Positions 19,988-30,198 of a stretch of 64,000 nt of DNA are shown one piece after another. The stretch spans positions 1,875 to 65,874 of the forward strand of contig CAJARJ010000009.1 of NCBI GenBank assembly GCA_903944345.1, in the 5' to 3' direction. The first letter of the stretch is position 1; every line of letters starts with the position of its first letter. This DNA is from Candidatus Omnitrophota bacterium. Lineage in GTDB: Bacteria > Omnitrophota > Gorgyraeia > Zapsychrales > Fredricksoniimonadaceae. Made by a program: the position numbers and the translations under genes. Below the pieces are notes generated by a model. The model was not told the DNA's origin, ran no database searches, and saw nothing but the letters and a program-made list of their open reading frames with translations.

Positions 19988-21580
19988 TTAAACCGAAGGT
20001 GTATCCAGCAGCTTAACCAAAGGATTTCGGTCCACAAAATACCGAAAAGCCCAATCGGACTCAAACAACACCACCCGTCGCCTCTGATCATCCATTGCCA
20101 GGGCTGCCTCCCGCGGCAAACGCTCCGGTAGACCGGCTTCTTCTACAGACGAGTCCACCCATCGCAGAATCTTCCAAGGCTGAACCTCAAGCCTCGACTC
20201 GGCCCCGTATTCGTCCCGAAGCCTGTACTGCAAAACCTCAAACTGTAACGGCCCGACCGCTCCAAGTAACGGCGTCGCATGATGCGAACGATCAACCAGA
20301 AAAGATTGAACAATATCCTCAGCCAGAAGATGCTCAATCCCTTTACGAAAAGACTTGTAGCTGGAGGCCGTTGTGTTTTGCAAATAGGCAAAACACTCGG
20401 GCGCAAAACGGGGGATCTCCGAAAGAGTCAATTCCGGATCCGTACTGATCGTATCTCCTATACGAAAATCAAGCTTGGTCACAAACCCCATCACATCACC
20501 CGGATAGGCTTCAACCATGGCTTCCCGGCTGCGGCCAAAAAGGTTATACGAATCCGACAAACGAATTTCACGTTTTGAACGGGCATGATAGACCTTCATA
20601 TCCCGAAAGAAACGCCCGGAACAAACCCTCGCAAAAACCACCCGGTCTCTGTGCATCGGGTTCATATTGGTCTGAACTTTAAAAACAAATGCCGCAAAAT
20701 GTTCCCCATCAAGGGGAATCGTCTTGTCTTTTGTCCTGCGGGGCATCGGTGGCGGAGAAAACTGCAAAAACCCCTGCAAAAGAAATTCCACTCCGAAATT
20801 ATTGGCCGCACTTCCAAAGAAAACCGGAGTCGTCTTCCCCTGCAGAACAGCCTGACTGTCAAAACCGTCATGAGCACCATCCAGCATCTGCAATTCTTCG
20901 ACGACTTCATGATAACTGTCTTTGTTCAGCAAGTCTTTTACCATCGAATCGGAAAGATCATGGACAGAAACCGGAGCTCTGTAGGTGCCTCCCGGAACCC
21001 GTTCAAACAGGTGAACTTCTTTTTTGATACGGTCATAAATGCCCTTGAAATCTGGTCCGTTTCCCAAAGGCCAGTTCATGGGAAAGGCATGAATCTGAAG
21101 AACTTTTTCCAGCTGATCAATAAGTTCCAAAGAGGATTTCGCAAACCGATCAAGCTTGTTCATGAAGGTAAAAATCGGAATGCCCCTTTTCCGGCAGATC
21201 TGGAAAAGCTTGAGAGTCTGGCTCTCAATCCCTTTACCGGCATCGATGACCATGACCACCGCGTCAACTGCCATCAAAACCCTGTATGTATCCTCTGAAA
21301 AGTCCTTGTGTCCCGGCGTATCCAGCAAATTTAGACGATAATCCCCATAATCAAATTGCAAGAGTGTCGAAGATATCGAGATACCCCGCTGTTTCTCCAG
21401 TTCCATCCAGTCGGAAGCAGTCTCCCTCTGCCGCTTTTTAGCCGTAACTGAACCGGCCTGGTCCAAAGCACCGCCGTATAACAACAATTTCTCAGTCAGC
21501 GTTGTTTTCCCGGCATCCGGATGCGAAATGATCGCAAACGTTCTGCGCCGGGCAGCTTCTTTATTTATCTGATCTTTCAT
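19988..21580 (-). CDS. prfC: peptide chain release factor 3
   Basis: 530 aa, translational GTPase with AIISHPDAGKTTLTEKLL, DTPGHKDF and NKLDR; the full length matches RF3. Confidence 0.9.
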   Translation of the reverse strand: MKDQINKEAARRRTFAIISHPDAGKTTLTEKLLLYGGALDQAGSVTAKKRQRETASDWMELEKQRGISISSTLLQFDYGDYRLNLLDTPGHKDFSEDTYRVLMAVDAVVMVIDAGKGIESQTLKLFQICRKRGIPIFTFMNKLDRFAKSSLELIDQLEKVLQIHAFPMNWPLGNGPDFKGIYDRIKKEVHLFERVPGGTYRAPVSVHDLSDSMVKDLLNKDSYHEVVEELQMLDGAHDGFDSQAVLQGKTTPVFFGSAANNFGVEFLLQGFLQFSPPPMPRRTKDKTIPLDGEHFAAFVFKVQTNMNPMHRDRVVFARVCSGRFFRDMKVYHARSKREIRLSDSYNLFGRSREAMVEAYPGDVMGFVTKLDFRIGDTISTDPELTLSEIPRFAPECFAYLQNTTASSYKSFRKGIEHLLAEDIVQSFLVDRSHHATPLLGAVGPLQFEVLQYRLRDEYGAESRLEVQPWKILRWVDSSVEEAGLPERLPREAALAMDDQRRRVVLFESDWAFRYFVDRNPLVKLLDTPSV

Positions 21581-21938
21581 TTATACCACCGCCATAAATT
21601 CGTTACAAAATGACCACCTGCTATCCGAGCACGCAAGCTGCCCATTACCGAACTACACCACACAACGTTATCTAAAGAAGAATGGAAACCGGGAATGGGA
21701 AAAAAGATCTACAAAGCCGCTTACGGTGGAGTAAGAAAGCAAAACAAAAAAGTTCTTCGGCGGTTTTGCAAAGAAATACTTGCTGCAGAAGTAAGCACTG
21801 CGCTTTTGATAAATTTCATAGGGGCAATATTATAGCAACCAGGCCGTTTTGTCAAACTCAAGACTGCCAGGCCCTGGGGATTAACGCGCAAAAATGAATT
21901 CCTCCAATAGTGGCTATCAGAAATCAGAGCAGGAAGCT

Positions 21939-22394
21939 TCAATTCATCCTGATCTTGAAAACCAGCTTGCGCACTTTGGTGGACTGCGACATATACTGAC
22001 AACACGGGCGATGGGCTTCACCTGGATACAAAAACACAAAAAAACCTTGTTTGACCACCAGGTCAGTGGGCTGACCCGCAGCAGAGAAAAACCTGATATC
22101 CTTTTGCGAATCGTATTCGGTCAAAGGAGCAAGCACTTCACTTGAAACCAACTGTATCACCTCTACCCCGTCAACAACGTACTGAAGGTCGGCATAAACC
22201 TGATGCGTTTCAAAATTAGCTTGTGTTGCAGGCCGGGTCGTATAGACCGAGGGCCGAACAAACAGACGACGACCGTCTATAACAATCTCTTCTTGATCCA
22301 AGGCCAACAGATCGGTCGCTTGCAGGTACGCCGATATCTCTGCAGCCATCGGGATATTGTAACGAGACAAATTCCGGATATCATCCAGGATCAT
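21939..22394 (-). CDS. YhcH/YjgK/YiaL (DUF386) family protein
   Basis: 151 aa with FETHQVYADLQYVVDGVEVI and GEAHRP blocks typical of this cupin-like family. Its start overlaps the upstream gene's stop by 4 nt. Confidence 0.6.
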   Translation of the reverse strand: MILDDIRNLSRYNIPMAAEISAYLQATDLLALDQEEIVIDGRRLFVRPSVYTTRPATQANFETHQVYADLQYVVDGVEVIQLVSSEVLAPLTEYDSQKDIRFFSAAGQPTDLVVKQGFFVFLYPGEAHRPCCQYMSQSTKVRKLVFKIRMN

Positions 22395-23275
22395 AACTCC
22401 TCTTCCCTGGGCGCAGCTGCTTTGTTTTGCAATCGCACCCTGGCTCGCAACAGTTCAAAATGCTCCGGACGACAAAGAATATAGAAATCCCTGAACCGCC
22501 ACGGACTCTCACCAGTTTCAAAAAGTTCAACAGAAAGCTGATCCAGCGGACGGCCTGTCCGGAATGAAAACATCTTAAGCCCGGCTTTTTCAAAGATCGG
22601 CCATGATCCTGCCATATCCCACAGATAAACACGTGACAACGAGCCGCAGCCACGGCCTATGGCCGGCCAGCAAAACTCGCAAACCGCCGCACTAAAAATC
22701 ATGACGCGGCAGTCCGGGGAGTCCCAGACAAACTCCTTCAAGAGCTCATCCGTACAAATAAAGACGGACACACTGGAAATATCCTGCCGGCTTCCGACCA
22801 CAGGACGGGCAATGGCCTTATCAGTAAAAGGATGCCTGACAAAATAGGCATTTTTTCCGTCACAATAGAAAAGCTCATCCAGAGACGGAAAAAGCACCGC
22901 TCCCATCCATGGCCGTCCGTTCTTGACCAGCCCGAGAGAAATTCCATAATGCGGCATACGATTGGCATAGGCCCGGGTGGCATCAATAGGATCGATGGCC
23001 CAAAGATAAGGAATGTGCTCGAGCTTGCCCTTGTGCAACATGCTTCCGCGCAAAGGATCTTCTTCATCAACCAAAAAATGTTCTCCGGTTGCAAGCAAAG
23101 GGTCCAGAACCCGATGCGCCAAAGCAGAGATACTGCGATCCGCGATGGTAATAACAGACGCATCTGCCTTCAGGTCCGGAGAACTTTCGTCTATAAGCCC
23201 CAAAGCCACCTTGCCGGCTTCGTGAACAAGATCCAGCATTATTTGACATAAATACGATTGATCTGATGAACTCAT
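22391..23275 (-). CDS. inositol monophosphatase family protein (IMPase/CysQ/SuhB-like)
   Basis: 294 aa with metal-binding motifs FLVDEEDP, WAIDPIDATRAY and WDMAGSWPIFEKAGLKM. Overlaps the batE stop by 4 nt. Confidence 0.7.
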   Translation of the reverse strand: MSSSDQSYLCQIMLDLVHEAGKVALGLIDESSPDLKADASVITIADRSISALAHRVLDPLLATGEHFLVDEEDPLRGSMLHKGKLEHIPYLWAIDPIDATRAYANRMPHYGISLGLVKNGRPWMGAVLFPSLDELFYCDGKNAYFVRHPFTDKAIARPVVGSRQDISSVSVFICTDELLKEFVWDSPDCRVMIFSAAVCEFCWPAIGRGCGSLSRVYLWDMAGSWPIFEKAGLKMFSFRTGRPLDQLSVELFETGESPWRFRDFYILCRPEHFELLRARVRLQNKAAAPREEEL

Positions 23276-24003
23276 AACCGCTCAACTTTCCCGGCCGGAA
23301 TCCAGCCTGTTTTCCCGTCAAAACGTTCAATTTTAGCCCACCCCTCCTGTTGACGAAGAATCCTGACTTCACCTCCAGCCAGGACATTAAAATAAACCGT
23401 GGCCTTATTAGATGGTTCAAAACGGGCCTCAGCCGCGGCAATCACAACGCCTTCATTTTTTTCCAACACAATTCGATAGGCTGTACTCATCGCGAGCACG
23501 CACCAGAAAGCCGCTCCCAACGCCGTCAGAATGATCAATCTGCGACGCGCCACATGAAAAAAAACAACATAAAGACCACTCACACCCAGCAACATAAACA
23601 AAGCAACTAAAAGCCATTCAAGTTCTTCGGTCGTCAGACGTTCCAGAAACAAATCCAGGCGAGATAGAATTCCGTGGCGCGGTGCATGAGCGTCATTGAC
23701 AAAGCCCCTGGCCAGATACAGATTGGCCCGGATATCCGCATCCCGAGGGTCAAGTCTGAAAGCTCGACGATACGATAGAATCGCCTCCCCAATATTCCCT
23801 ACCCGAAAATAACTGTTTCCCAAATTAAAGTATACCGGAGCACTGATCTGACAATCCTCAAGCAATTCTCTGTAAATCACAATAGCTTGCTGATAATCTG
23901 CCTTTTTATATGCCTCTCCTGCAGCCTGAAAATTTGCGGCCCAGGAGCATGATACAGCAAAGAAAAAAATACCTGCCAGAAAAAAAAGCGCCGCTTTTCT
24001 CAT
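23272..24003 (-). CDS. batE: BatE-type protein (TPR repeats + TM + SH3b-like C-terminus)
   Basis: 243 aa: signal/TM, TPR region (YFNLGNSYFRVGNIGEAILSYRRAF), internal TM helices, C-terminal SH3-like GWAKIERFDGKTGWIP. Last gene of the Bat operon. Confidence 0.7.
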   Translation of the reverse strand: MRKAALFFLAGIFFFAVSCSWAANFQAAGEAYKKADYQQAIVIYRELLEDCQISAPVYFNLGNSYFRVGNIGEAILSYRRAFRLDPRDADIRANLYLARGFVNDAHAPRHGILSRLDLFLERLTTEELEWLLVALFMLLGVSGLYVVFFHVARRRLIILTALGAAFWCVLAMSTAYRIVLEKNEGVVIAAAEARFEPSNKATVYFNVLAGGEVRILRQQEGWAKIERFDGKTGWIPAGKVERL

Positions 24004-25799
24004 TTCAAACGCCTTTCCAGTAAACGAAGCACCTCTTTTACAACTGCCAAATCCCTGTCCATCTTTTCTTCAGAGAATCCCGCTCCGGCAAAACGCACCA
24101 GATCTGCAGCCTCTCCGATTGCTTTCACCTCAGCTATACTCTTTGCATCAATACCGGCCTTTGCAAGCATCTGCTCAACTGATAAATCTTTCTCCCCCGG
24201 CCCCAGCGGAACGCTTTCCAACAAGAAATTATGTAAAGTTCCCGATAACAAACCATAAAATGCGGAAGAATTCCCTGCATCTTTCGCCTTTTGCGCTTCT
24301 TCCAGTTTCTTTCTGGCGCGCCCCGGAGCCCGGACACGCATCGCAAAAGACCTGTCTTTGTGCAGTCTCCGGCGATAAAAGAGAAAACCATAAACCCCTA
24401 CCCATAAAAACACATAGGTAAGCAGGACAACCAGGATCGGCCGGCCAACCCAAGAAGAAGAACATTGACGCTGTTTACCAGGATAGTCTTTGATAAAAAC
24501 AATATCCTTCCCAAGAACGTCCATACTCGCTCCCCGCTCAGGCTGCGGCAAAGCCGTCACCTGGAACTCTTCCGCGGCAGAAACCGCCGTTACCTTTAAA
24601 GGAAATGGTCCGCGCGTTTGGATAAGATATTCGCCCCGGACGGGATCAAAACTTGAAAATGACAAAGCCGGAATCTGCCCGATATCGTCCCGCGTCGGCA
24701 TAATAACCTGTTCGAGATATTTAACTCGGTTCTGTTCGCGGATCACCGGATCATAAACCTTAAACCCGTCTGCCTTGAAAACCGGAAATCTTAAATTCTG
24801 ATAAGACCCTGTACCCGATAACGACATCTTGATGGTCACTGGATCTCCAACCTTGACTTCAAGGGGGGAAACATCCACAGTAAACTCGAAATCTCCGACC
24901 GCCCCTGAAAAATCCTGGGGCTGCCCCGTCTGGGGCAAATCCAGGACTTCAAGTTCAAACAGAGCCGAGCTGAAAGATACCGGACGTCTCTGGTAAGCAC
25001 CGAACATCCCGCCAAAAAAAGCATCATCAAACATCCCGCCTCTGTTTTGAGGTGCCTTGTAAAGATGATTGGCATTAACCCGCAACGGACCAGCCTGGAT
25101 GTGTCCCGAACGCAAAGGCGTTAGCGCCGAACGAAACTCGACTACCTGATAACGAACTCCATCGAGAAGCTCTTCACCTTGACGAGGCTGAACAAAATCG
25201 CCAAGTTCAATTCCGGGAGTCTCAATCTGCGGCAAAGAAATGTTGTCAAGTGGAACATTTCGCACATAAAGTCTGGCCATAAAGGGAATCTGCTCCCCCA
25301 GATAAAACTTCTTTTGCGGCAAAAAGACCAGCAATTTGACCATTTCAGCAAGATTTTCCGGTGAAGAAGAAACCTCTGACGAACTTCCGTTCCCGGAAGA
25401 AGCAGGAACGACCTCCAGCACAAGAGGCTCTGTCCGGTACGTCTCCCCCTTGAGCGTAACTTCCAGAACAGGAATCACAACCTTGCCTTCTTTCAGTGGC
25501 AGGAGCTCGTAATTAAAAATTTCTGTCGTTGAGTACTCCCCGTTAACCACTACAATACGGTTGGATGTTCCCAGGAAACGCACCTCAACACCGTCTAGAG
25601 CCGGCAAAGATACCGGATTGACCTCCTGAGTGCCATGAACCGATAACGACAAATCAACAGCCGATCCAACCGCAGTTCGGGACGACGAAAGCTCGGCCTG
25701 AAAAGACACATCCTCCGCCCGACAGATGTAAAAAGGCACAATAAGGATCAGTATTGTCAACAGACAACTATTAAAAAAACCTGAAACCATGCTTTTCAT
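24000..25799 (-). CDS. batD: BatD-type oxygen-tolerance protein
   Basis: 599 aa: signal peptide, long beta-rich periplasmic region, one TM near residue 450 and a cytoplasmic tail. Position and size match BatD. Confidence 0.65.
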   Translation of the reverse strand: MKSMVSGFFNSCLLTILILIVPFYICRAEDVSFQAELSSSRTAVGSAVDLSLSVHGTQEVNPVSLPALDGVEVRFLGTSNRIVVVNGEYSTTEIFNYELLPLKEGKVVIPVLEVTLKGETYRTEPLVLEVVPASSGNGSSSEVSSSPENLAEMVKLLVFLPQKKFYLGEQIPFMARLYVRNVPLDNISLPQIETPGIELGDFVQPRQGEELLDGVRYQVVEFRSALTPLRSGHIQAGPLRVNANHLYKAPQNRGGMFDDAFFGGMFGAYQRRPVSFSSALFELEVLDLPQTGQPQDFSGAVGDFEFTVDVSPLEVKVGDPVTIKMSLSGTGSYQNLRFPVFKADGFKVYDPVIREQNRVKYLEQVIMPTRDDIGQIPALSFSSFDPVRGEYLIQTRGPFPLKVTAVSAAEEFQVTALPQPERGASMDVLGKDIVFIKDYPGKQRQCSSSWVGRPILVVLLTYVFLWVGVYGFLFYRRRLHKDRSFAMRVRAPGRARKKLEEAQKAKDAGNSSAFYGLLSGTLHNFLLESVPLGPGEKDLSVEQMLAKAGIDAKSIAEVKAIGEAADLVRFAGAGFSEEKMDRDLAVVKEVLRLLERRLK

Positions 25800-26737
25800 T
25801 ACCAGTCTTTCTGTACAGTTGCGTGGTCACGACTTTTACGAATAAAATTCAGCATCCCGCGGGGGAGCTCGCTTTGCTCAAGATCCTCCAGCATCCCTTC
25901 CGCCTCTTGCCGGGATAGTTGCTGGGCATCCTCTGCATTTTGCTCGCCAGAAGGTTTATCCGAGTCCCCGGACATATGAGTCGCTTTCTGTTGCTCGCCT
26001 GAAGTCTGATTACCAGAGGAAGCCTGTTTTTGTTCTTGTTCCTCGTCCCGGGAACCGTCAGCCCTGAACTCGTCATTGCCCGGCTGCTCACCCGGCTGCT
26101 GATTTTTTTCGGAAGATTTCTCCTCTGGCGGAGAATTCTGCCCGGATCCTGATTGCCCCCGAGATTCTTGCGACTGTTCCTTCTGCGAAGAATTCTTGTC
26201 TTGTCTACTGCCACTCTGCTGCTGTTGCTGTTTCTGGCGAACACGCTCGATCTCTTTACGTACAAACTCCATATTGGTTCTAGCCTGGATATCTTCACTA
26301 TCGATAGCCAAGGCACTTTCATATGAAGAAACCGCCTGTTCAAAACCGTTTAATGCAACTTTCGGATCGGTCTGCTCCGAAGTCAAAGCGGAACGATAAA
26401 GAGCATTGCCCAGATTAAAATGAACACTCTGCCGGAAGTCATCATCATCAGTCAAAAGAGCTTTTTCAAAATACCCGATAGCCTGATCATACTCACTACT
26501 CTTGTAGAGCGCAGCACCTGTATTATAGGCCACTTCTGCTGAAGACGGCGATTTCAAAGCAGCCTTCGCATAATGATCGACCGCTTCCTTGTAACGCCCT
26601 GAGGCAAATTTCCTGTTACCTGCTAAAACCTCTCCCCTTGCAGGAACATAAAAGTCTGCCCGTGCCTTCAGACAATGCAACGTACCCGCTAGCGCCAGAA
26701 CAACGAAAATCATCCCAATCCTGAAAAAATATGACAT
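25799..26737 (-). CDS. batC: BatC-type TPR protein with Q/E/S-rich low-complexity C-terminal tail
   Basis: TPR repeats then QQQQQSGSRQDK...EEQEQKQ. The ATG at 26737 overlaps the batB stop (TAATG); the ORF track's longer N-terminus (to 26809) is unlikely. Confidence 0.65.
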   Translation of the reverse strand: MSYFFRIGMIFVVLALAGTLHCLKARADFYVPARGEVLAGNRKFASGRYKEAVDHYAKAALKSPSSAEVAYNTGAALYKSSEYDQAIGYFEKALLTDDDDFRQSVHFNLGNALYRSALTSEQTDPKVALNGFEQAVSSYESALAIDSEDIQARTNMEFVRKEIERVRQKQQQQQSGSRQDKNSSQKEQSQESRGQSGSGQNSPPEEKSSEKNQQPGEQPGNDEFRADGSRDEEQEQKQASSGNQTSGEQQKATHMSGDSDKPSGEQNAEDAQQLSRQEAEGMLEDLEQSELPRGMLNFIRKSRDHATVQKDW

Positions 26738-27744
26738 TATCCGGTCATCCTTTTGGTGGACAGAAGCGTTTCCAGAACAATCAGAAGCAACGCACCTGAA
26801 AGAAACCACTGGAATCTTTCATGATATTTACGCTCCACATCACTGTCAATATCCCTGCGCTCCAGAAGAGCCAAATGCTGATCGTAAAGATACTCCAGTC
26901 CAGACTCCGCCCCTCCGGCCCGAATATAAACACCTCCGCTGACAGCAGCGATTTCCTTCAAAAGATTTTCATTTAACCTGGATTTGACCGCATTCCCGTC
27001 TTTGTCCTTAAGATACTCTGGCTGGCCCTGATCATTGATCAACCTGATCAGCTCGCCCTCTTTGGTTCCCATGCCTACGGTATAAATTCTGATCCCTTTC
27101 TCCGCTGCCGCTCTGGCCGCCTTCAAAGGATCACCTTCGAGGCTCTCTCCGTCTGTAATAACAATAACAACCTTGAAGCGGGAGGGAATATCCGAATAGC
27201 CCTTAATCGCTTCCTGAATCGCCCGTTCAAGGCTTGTCCCACCACGCGGTATGGTGCCTGCCGAGAGGCTGTCCAGGGTAATCTGAACTCCGCTGTAATC
27301 TGTAGTCAGCGGACAAACAGGAAAGGCTTCTCCTGAAAAAGCGACCAGGCCAATCCGGTCCCCTTTGAGCTTCCGGATCAAATCCTTGACCGCGAACTTT
27401 GTTCGTTCCAGACGGCTTGGACGTATATCTTCGGTGAGCATGCTACGGGATGTGTCTATAGCAACCACGATGTCCAGCCCCTGACGTTGATTCTTTTGCC
27501 ATTCAAACCCCCACTGGGGACGCGCCAGAGCAGAAAAAATCAGGACAAAAGCCGCAACCAGCATAATATTTTTCAAAACAAAAAGCTGTTCGCTATACCC
27601 TTGCAGCAGCTCTCCCAACAAGTGGTCATGCGTAAGACGTTTAAGAATTTTTCGTCTGTATCTGGCCAAAAACAAAACCAGAAAAACGAAAACCGGAACT
27701 AGAATCAACATCCAAACAAAAAGATCAGGCCTGGCAAAACGCAT
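26737..27744 (-). CDS. batB: BatB-type vWA-domain membrane protein
   Basis: N-terminal TM, vWA domain with MIDAS DTSRSM..S..T..D, C-terminal TM. Confidence 0.75.
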   Translation of the reverse strand: MRFARPDLFVWMLILVPVFVFLVLFLARYRRKILKRLTHDHLLGELLQGYSEQLFVLKNIMLVAAFVLIFSALARPQWGFEWQKNQRQGLDIVVAIDTSRSMLTEDIRPSRLERTKFAVKDLIRKLKGDRIGLVAFSGEAFPVCPLTTDYSGVQITLDSLSAGTIPRGGTSLERAIQEAIKGYSDIPSRFKVVIVITDGESLEGDPLKAARAAAEKGIRIYTVGMGTKEGELIRLINDQGQPEYLKDKDGNAVKSRLNENLLKEIAAVSGGVYIRAGGAESGLEYLYDQHLALLERRDIDSDVERKYHERFQWFLSGALLLIVLETLLSTKRMTG

Positions 27745-27755
27745 AGTCTTAAACC

Positions 27756-28754
27756 TCAGGGAATCTGCAGTAACAAAGTCCGCCCCACTACAAGCTCTAC
27801 TAACAACAGGCAGAGCACTCCCAGCAACAGCATCCAGAAATACTCGTCATACTGCCTGAAACCGGTTTCGTCAAACCGGGCTTTCTCCAAACGATCAATC
27901 TGCTGGTAGACTGCCGACAGGGATTCCGCGTCCGTTGCACGGAAATACTGCCCCCCGGTCATGTTGGCAATCTGCTCCAGTGACGTTTCATCAATATCGA
28001 TCTTGACGTTTTGATAGGACTTACGCCCGAAAACATCAACCACAGGGTACGGCGCCATGCCGCGCGTCCCCGCACCAATCGTATAAACCTTGATGCCAAA
28101 AGCCTTGGCCATCCTGGCCGCGGCCAACGGGGTAACCCGTCCGGCATTATTAATTCCGTCCGTCAATAAAACAATAATCCGGGCGCCATCCTTAACATCC
28201 CTTAACCGGCTTACCCCGGCCGCAATAGCCGAACCGATTGCCGTTCCATCTTCCATAAGACCAAAATCTATCCGTTCCAGATTCAGTTCAAGCCACGAAT
28301 GATCCAAAGTTAAGGGAGAAACAGGATACGGTCTTGCGGCAAACGCCACTAACCCGATCCGGTCGTCTGTGCGCTGATTAATAAATGTTTTGACAACTGT
28401 CTTGACCACACTCAACCGGCTCTGGCGTTTGCCGGCAAGAACGAAATCTTCTGCCGCCATACTGGTAGAAACATCCAGGGCCAGAAGGATATTGATCCCC
28501 TCAGAAACCGACTTGCTGTCAGCCGTAAGCGCACGCGGGCCGGCAATCGCCACCATAAGCAGAACCACTGCACATAAACGCAAAATAAAAGGCAAGAACG
28601 CAAGTCTCATCCGCCAGGTGACTGGCGATCCGGCAAAAAAAGTTTCCTGCGGCAGAGTAAAAGCCGGAAGAAGACGCCGACGATAAAAATAAACAAGAAC
28701 AAAAATCATCAACGGGATAAAAAAAAGAACCTCCGGATTGCGAAAAACAATCAT
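27756..28754 (-). CDS. batA: BatA-type vWA-domain membrane protein
   Basis: Two N-terminal TM helices, vWA with MIDAS DVSTSM, C-terminal TM. Confidence 0.75.
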   Translation of the reverse strand: MIVFRNPEVLFFIPLMIFVLVYFYRRRLLPAFTLPQETFFAGSPVTWRMRLAFLPFILRLCAVVLLMVAIAGPRALTADSKSVSEGINILLALDVSTSMAAEDFVLAGKRQSRLSVVKTVVKTFINQRTDDRIGLVAFAARPYPVSPLTLDHSWLELNLERIDFGLMEDGTAIGSAIAAGVSRLRDVKDGARIIVLLTDGINNAGRVTPLAAARMAKAFGIKVYTIGAGTRGMAPYPVVDVFGRKSYQNVKIDIDETSLEQIANMTGGQYFRATDAESLSAVYQQIDRLEKARFDETGFRQYDEYFWMLLLGVLCLLLVELVVGRTLLLQIP

Positions 28755-29293
28755 GCATCCCCCTCCCCGGCTGGCGGAAAACTGCCGGAAGAATTTACAG
28801 GGATAGTGCGCTCAATATACTTTCTGGCCAGCGCAAGAGCCCGGGACATTTCTTCCGTGGAAGTTCCATAACGGGCAAATTTGACCAGATCGCTAAGTGT
28901 CAACAAATCACGCAATAAATTACGATCCTCCTGGGGGAAAGAATCCTCCCTGGACACATACTCAAGAAATTCTTCGGTTGTACGCTCCGGAGCCGGCAGA
29001 TCAAAACGTAATTCAATATAAAATCGAACCACCTCTGAAAGATAAGAATAAAACTGTTTCATTTCATCGGTAGCATTCCAATGCCCTGCTTCAAGCTGAT
29101 CCAAAGACTCCAGCGCAGCCTGCCAGCAGGTCTTGCCCCCCAGCGGAGCAGTAAAAACTTGTGCTACTGACCGACGCCGACGGCTGAAAAAGAAGGCCAC
29201 CCCGACAAAAAAAACCAGAAAAAGCAGCAGAAAAGGCCACCACCCTAAAGGCAAGTCGACCGGGCCTCGAACATCATAAAATTCGGTATTCAT
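28751..29293 (-). CDS. DUF4381-family small membrane protein of the MoxR/Bat operon
   Basis: 180 aa with a single TM (WWPFLLLFLVFFVGVAFFF) then a helical domain. Sits in the canonical DUF58-to-BatA position. Confidence 0.55.
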   Translation of the reverse strand: MNTEFYDVRGPVDLPLGWWPFLLLFLVFFVGVAFFFSRRRRSVAQVFTAPLGGKTCWQAALESLDQLEAGHWNATDEMKQFYSYLSEVVRFYIELRFDLPAPERTTEEFLEYVSREDSFPQEDRNLLRDLLTLSDLVKFARYGTSTEEMSRALALARKYIERTIPVNSSGSFPPAGEGDA

Positions 29294-30192
29294 CTTACCC
29301 TCTTTCGCCGCGCAGAAAAGAAACGAATAAGACTGTCTGTATAAGGCTTGTCGGTTGAAATATGAATATGATCCACCCCTGCCGCACTAAAAAGCTTCCT
29401 GCGGGCCTCAAGCCGCCGGACAGCTTTCAGCCGGTAATGCTCCCGCACCTGAGGCGCAGAAGTATCAACCATTACCCTGCGGCCATTCTCGGCGTCCTCA
29501 AACAAAACCATCCCGCAATCGGGCAGTTCAACCTCCAGCGGATCATTAAGACTGATCGCAATCATATCGTGCCGCCGTGAAGCCACGGTCAGAGAACGGG
29601 ACAACAGTTTCTCTGCATCCTTCTGACGGGTGTTCTCCAGGAAGTCCGAGAGTACAAAACAAACCGTACGGCGGGGATAAACCTTGCAAATAAAGTCCAT
29701 CGCCCCGGAAATATCAGTGCCCTTACCTCTGGGTTGATAAAAAAGAACTTCCCGGATAATGCGAAGAACATGCGCGCGGCCTTTTCGGGGAGGAATAAAC
29801 TTCTCAACCGTATCGGTAAAGATAAGCAATCCGGTTTTATCATTGTTACGTATCGCGGAAAATGCAATAACTGCGGCGATCTCGGCTGCAAGTTTGCTTT
29901 TTAAGTCACGAACCGTCGCGAAACGACAGGAAGCAGACACGTCGACCATAATCATTACGGTCAATTCTCTTTCTTCCACAAATTTCTTGACGTGGGCCAC
30001 TCCCGTCCGCGCGGTCACATTCCAGTCAATGGAACGGATATCGTCGCCAGGCTGGTACTCGCGGACTTCGTCGAATTCCATCCCCCGGCCTTTAAAAACG
30101 CTATGATACTGTCCGGCAAAAGTATCTGTTACCAGACGGCTGGTTGTTATTTCAATCCGGCGGATCCTGTCGAGAATCTCTTTAGGGATCAT
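29290..30192 (-). CDS. DUF58-family protein (vWA-like, MoxR partner)
   Basis: GRGMEFDEVREYQPGDDIRSIDWNVTAR is the DUF58 signature. Confidence 0.8.
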   Translation of the reverse strand: MIPKEILDRIRRIEITTSRLVTDTFAGQYHSVFKGRGMEFDEVREYQPGDDIRSIDWNVTARTGVAHVKKFVEERELTVMIMVDVSASCRFATVRDLKSKLAAEIAAVIAFSAIRNNDKTGLLIFTDTVEKFIPPRKGRAHVLRIIREVLFYQPRGKGTDISGAMDFICKVYPRRTVCFVLSDFLENTRQKDAEKLLSRSLTVASRRHDMIAISLNDPLEVELPDCGMVLFEDAENGRRVMVDTSAPQVREHYRLKAVRRLEARRKLFSAAGVDHIHISTDKPYTDSLIRFFSARRKRVR

Positions 30193-30198
30193 TTTGCT

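Noticed and set aside
20585-21298. 237-aa plus ORF
   Set aside because: It is antisense to prfC.
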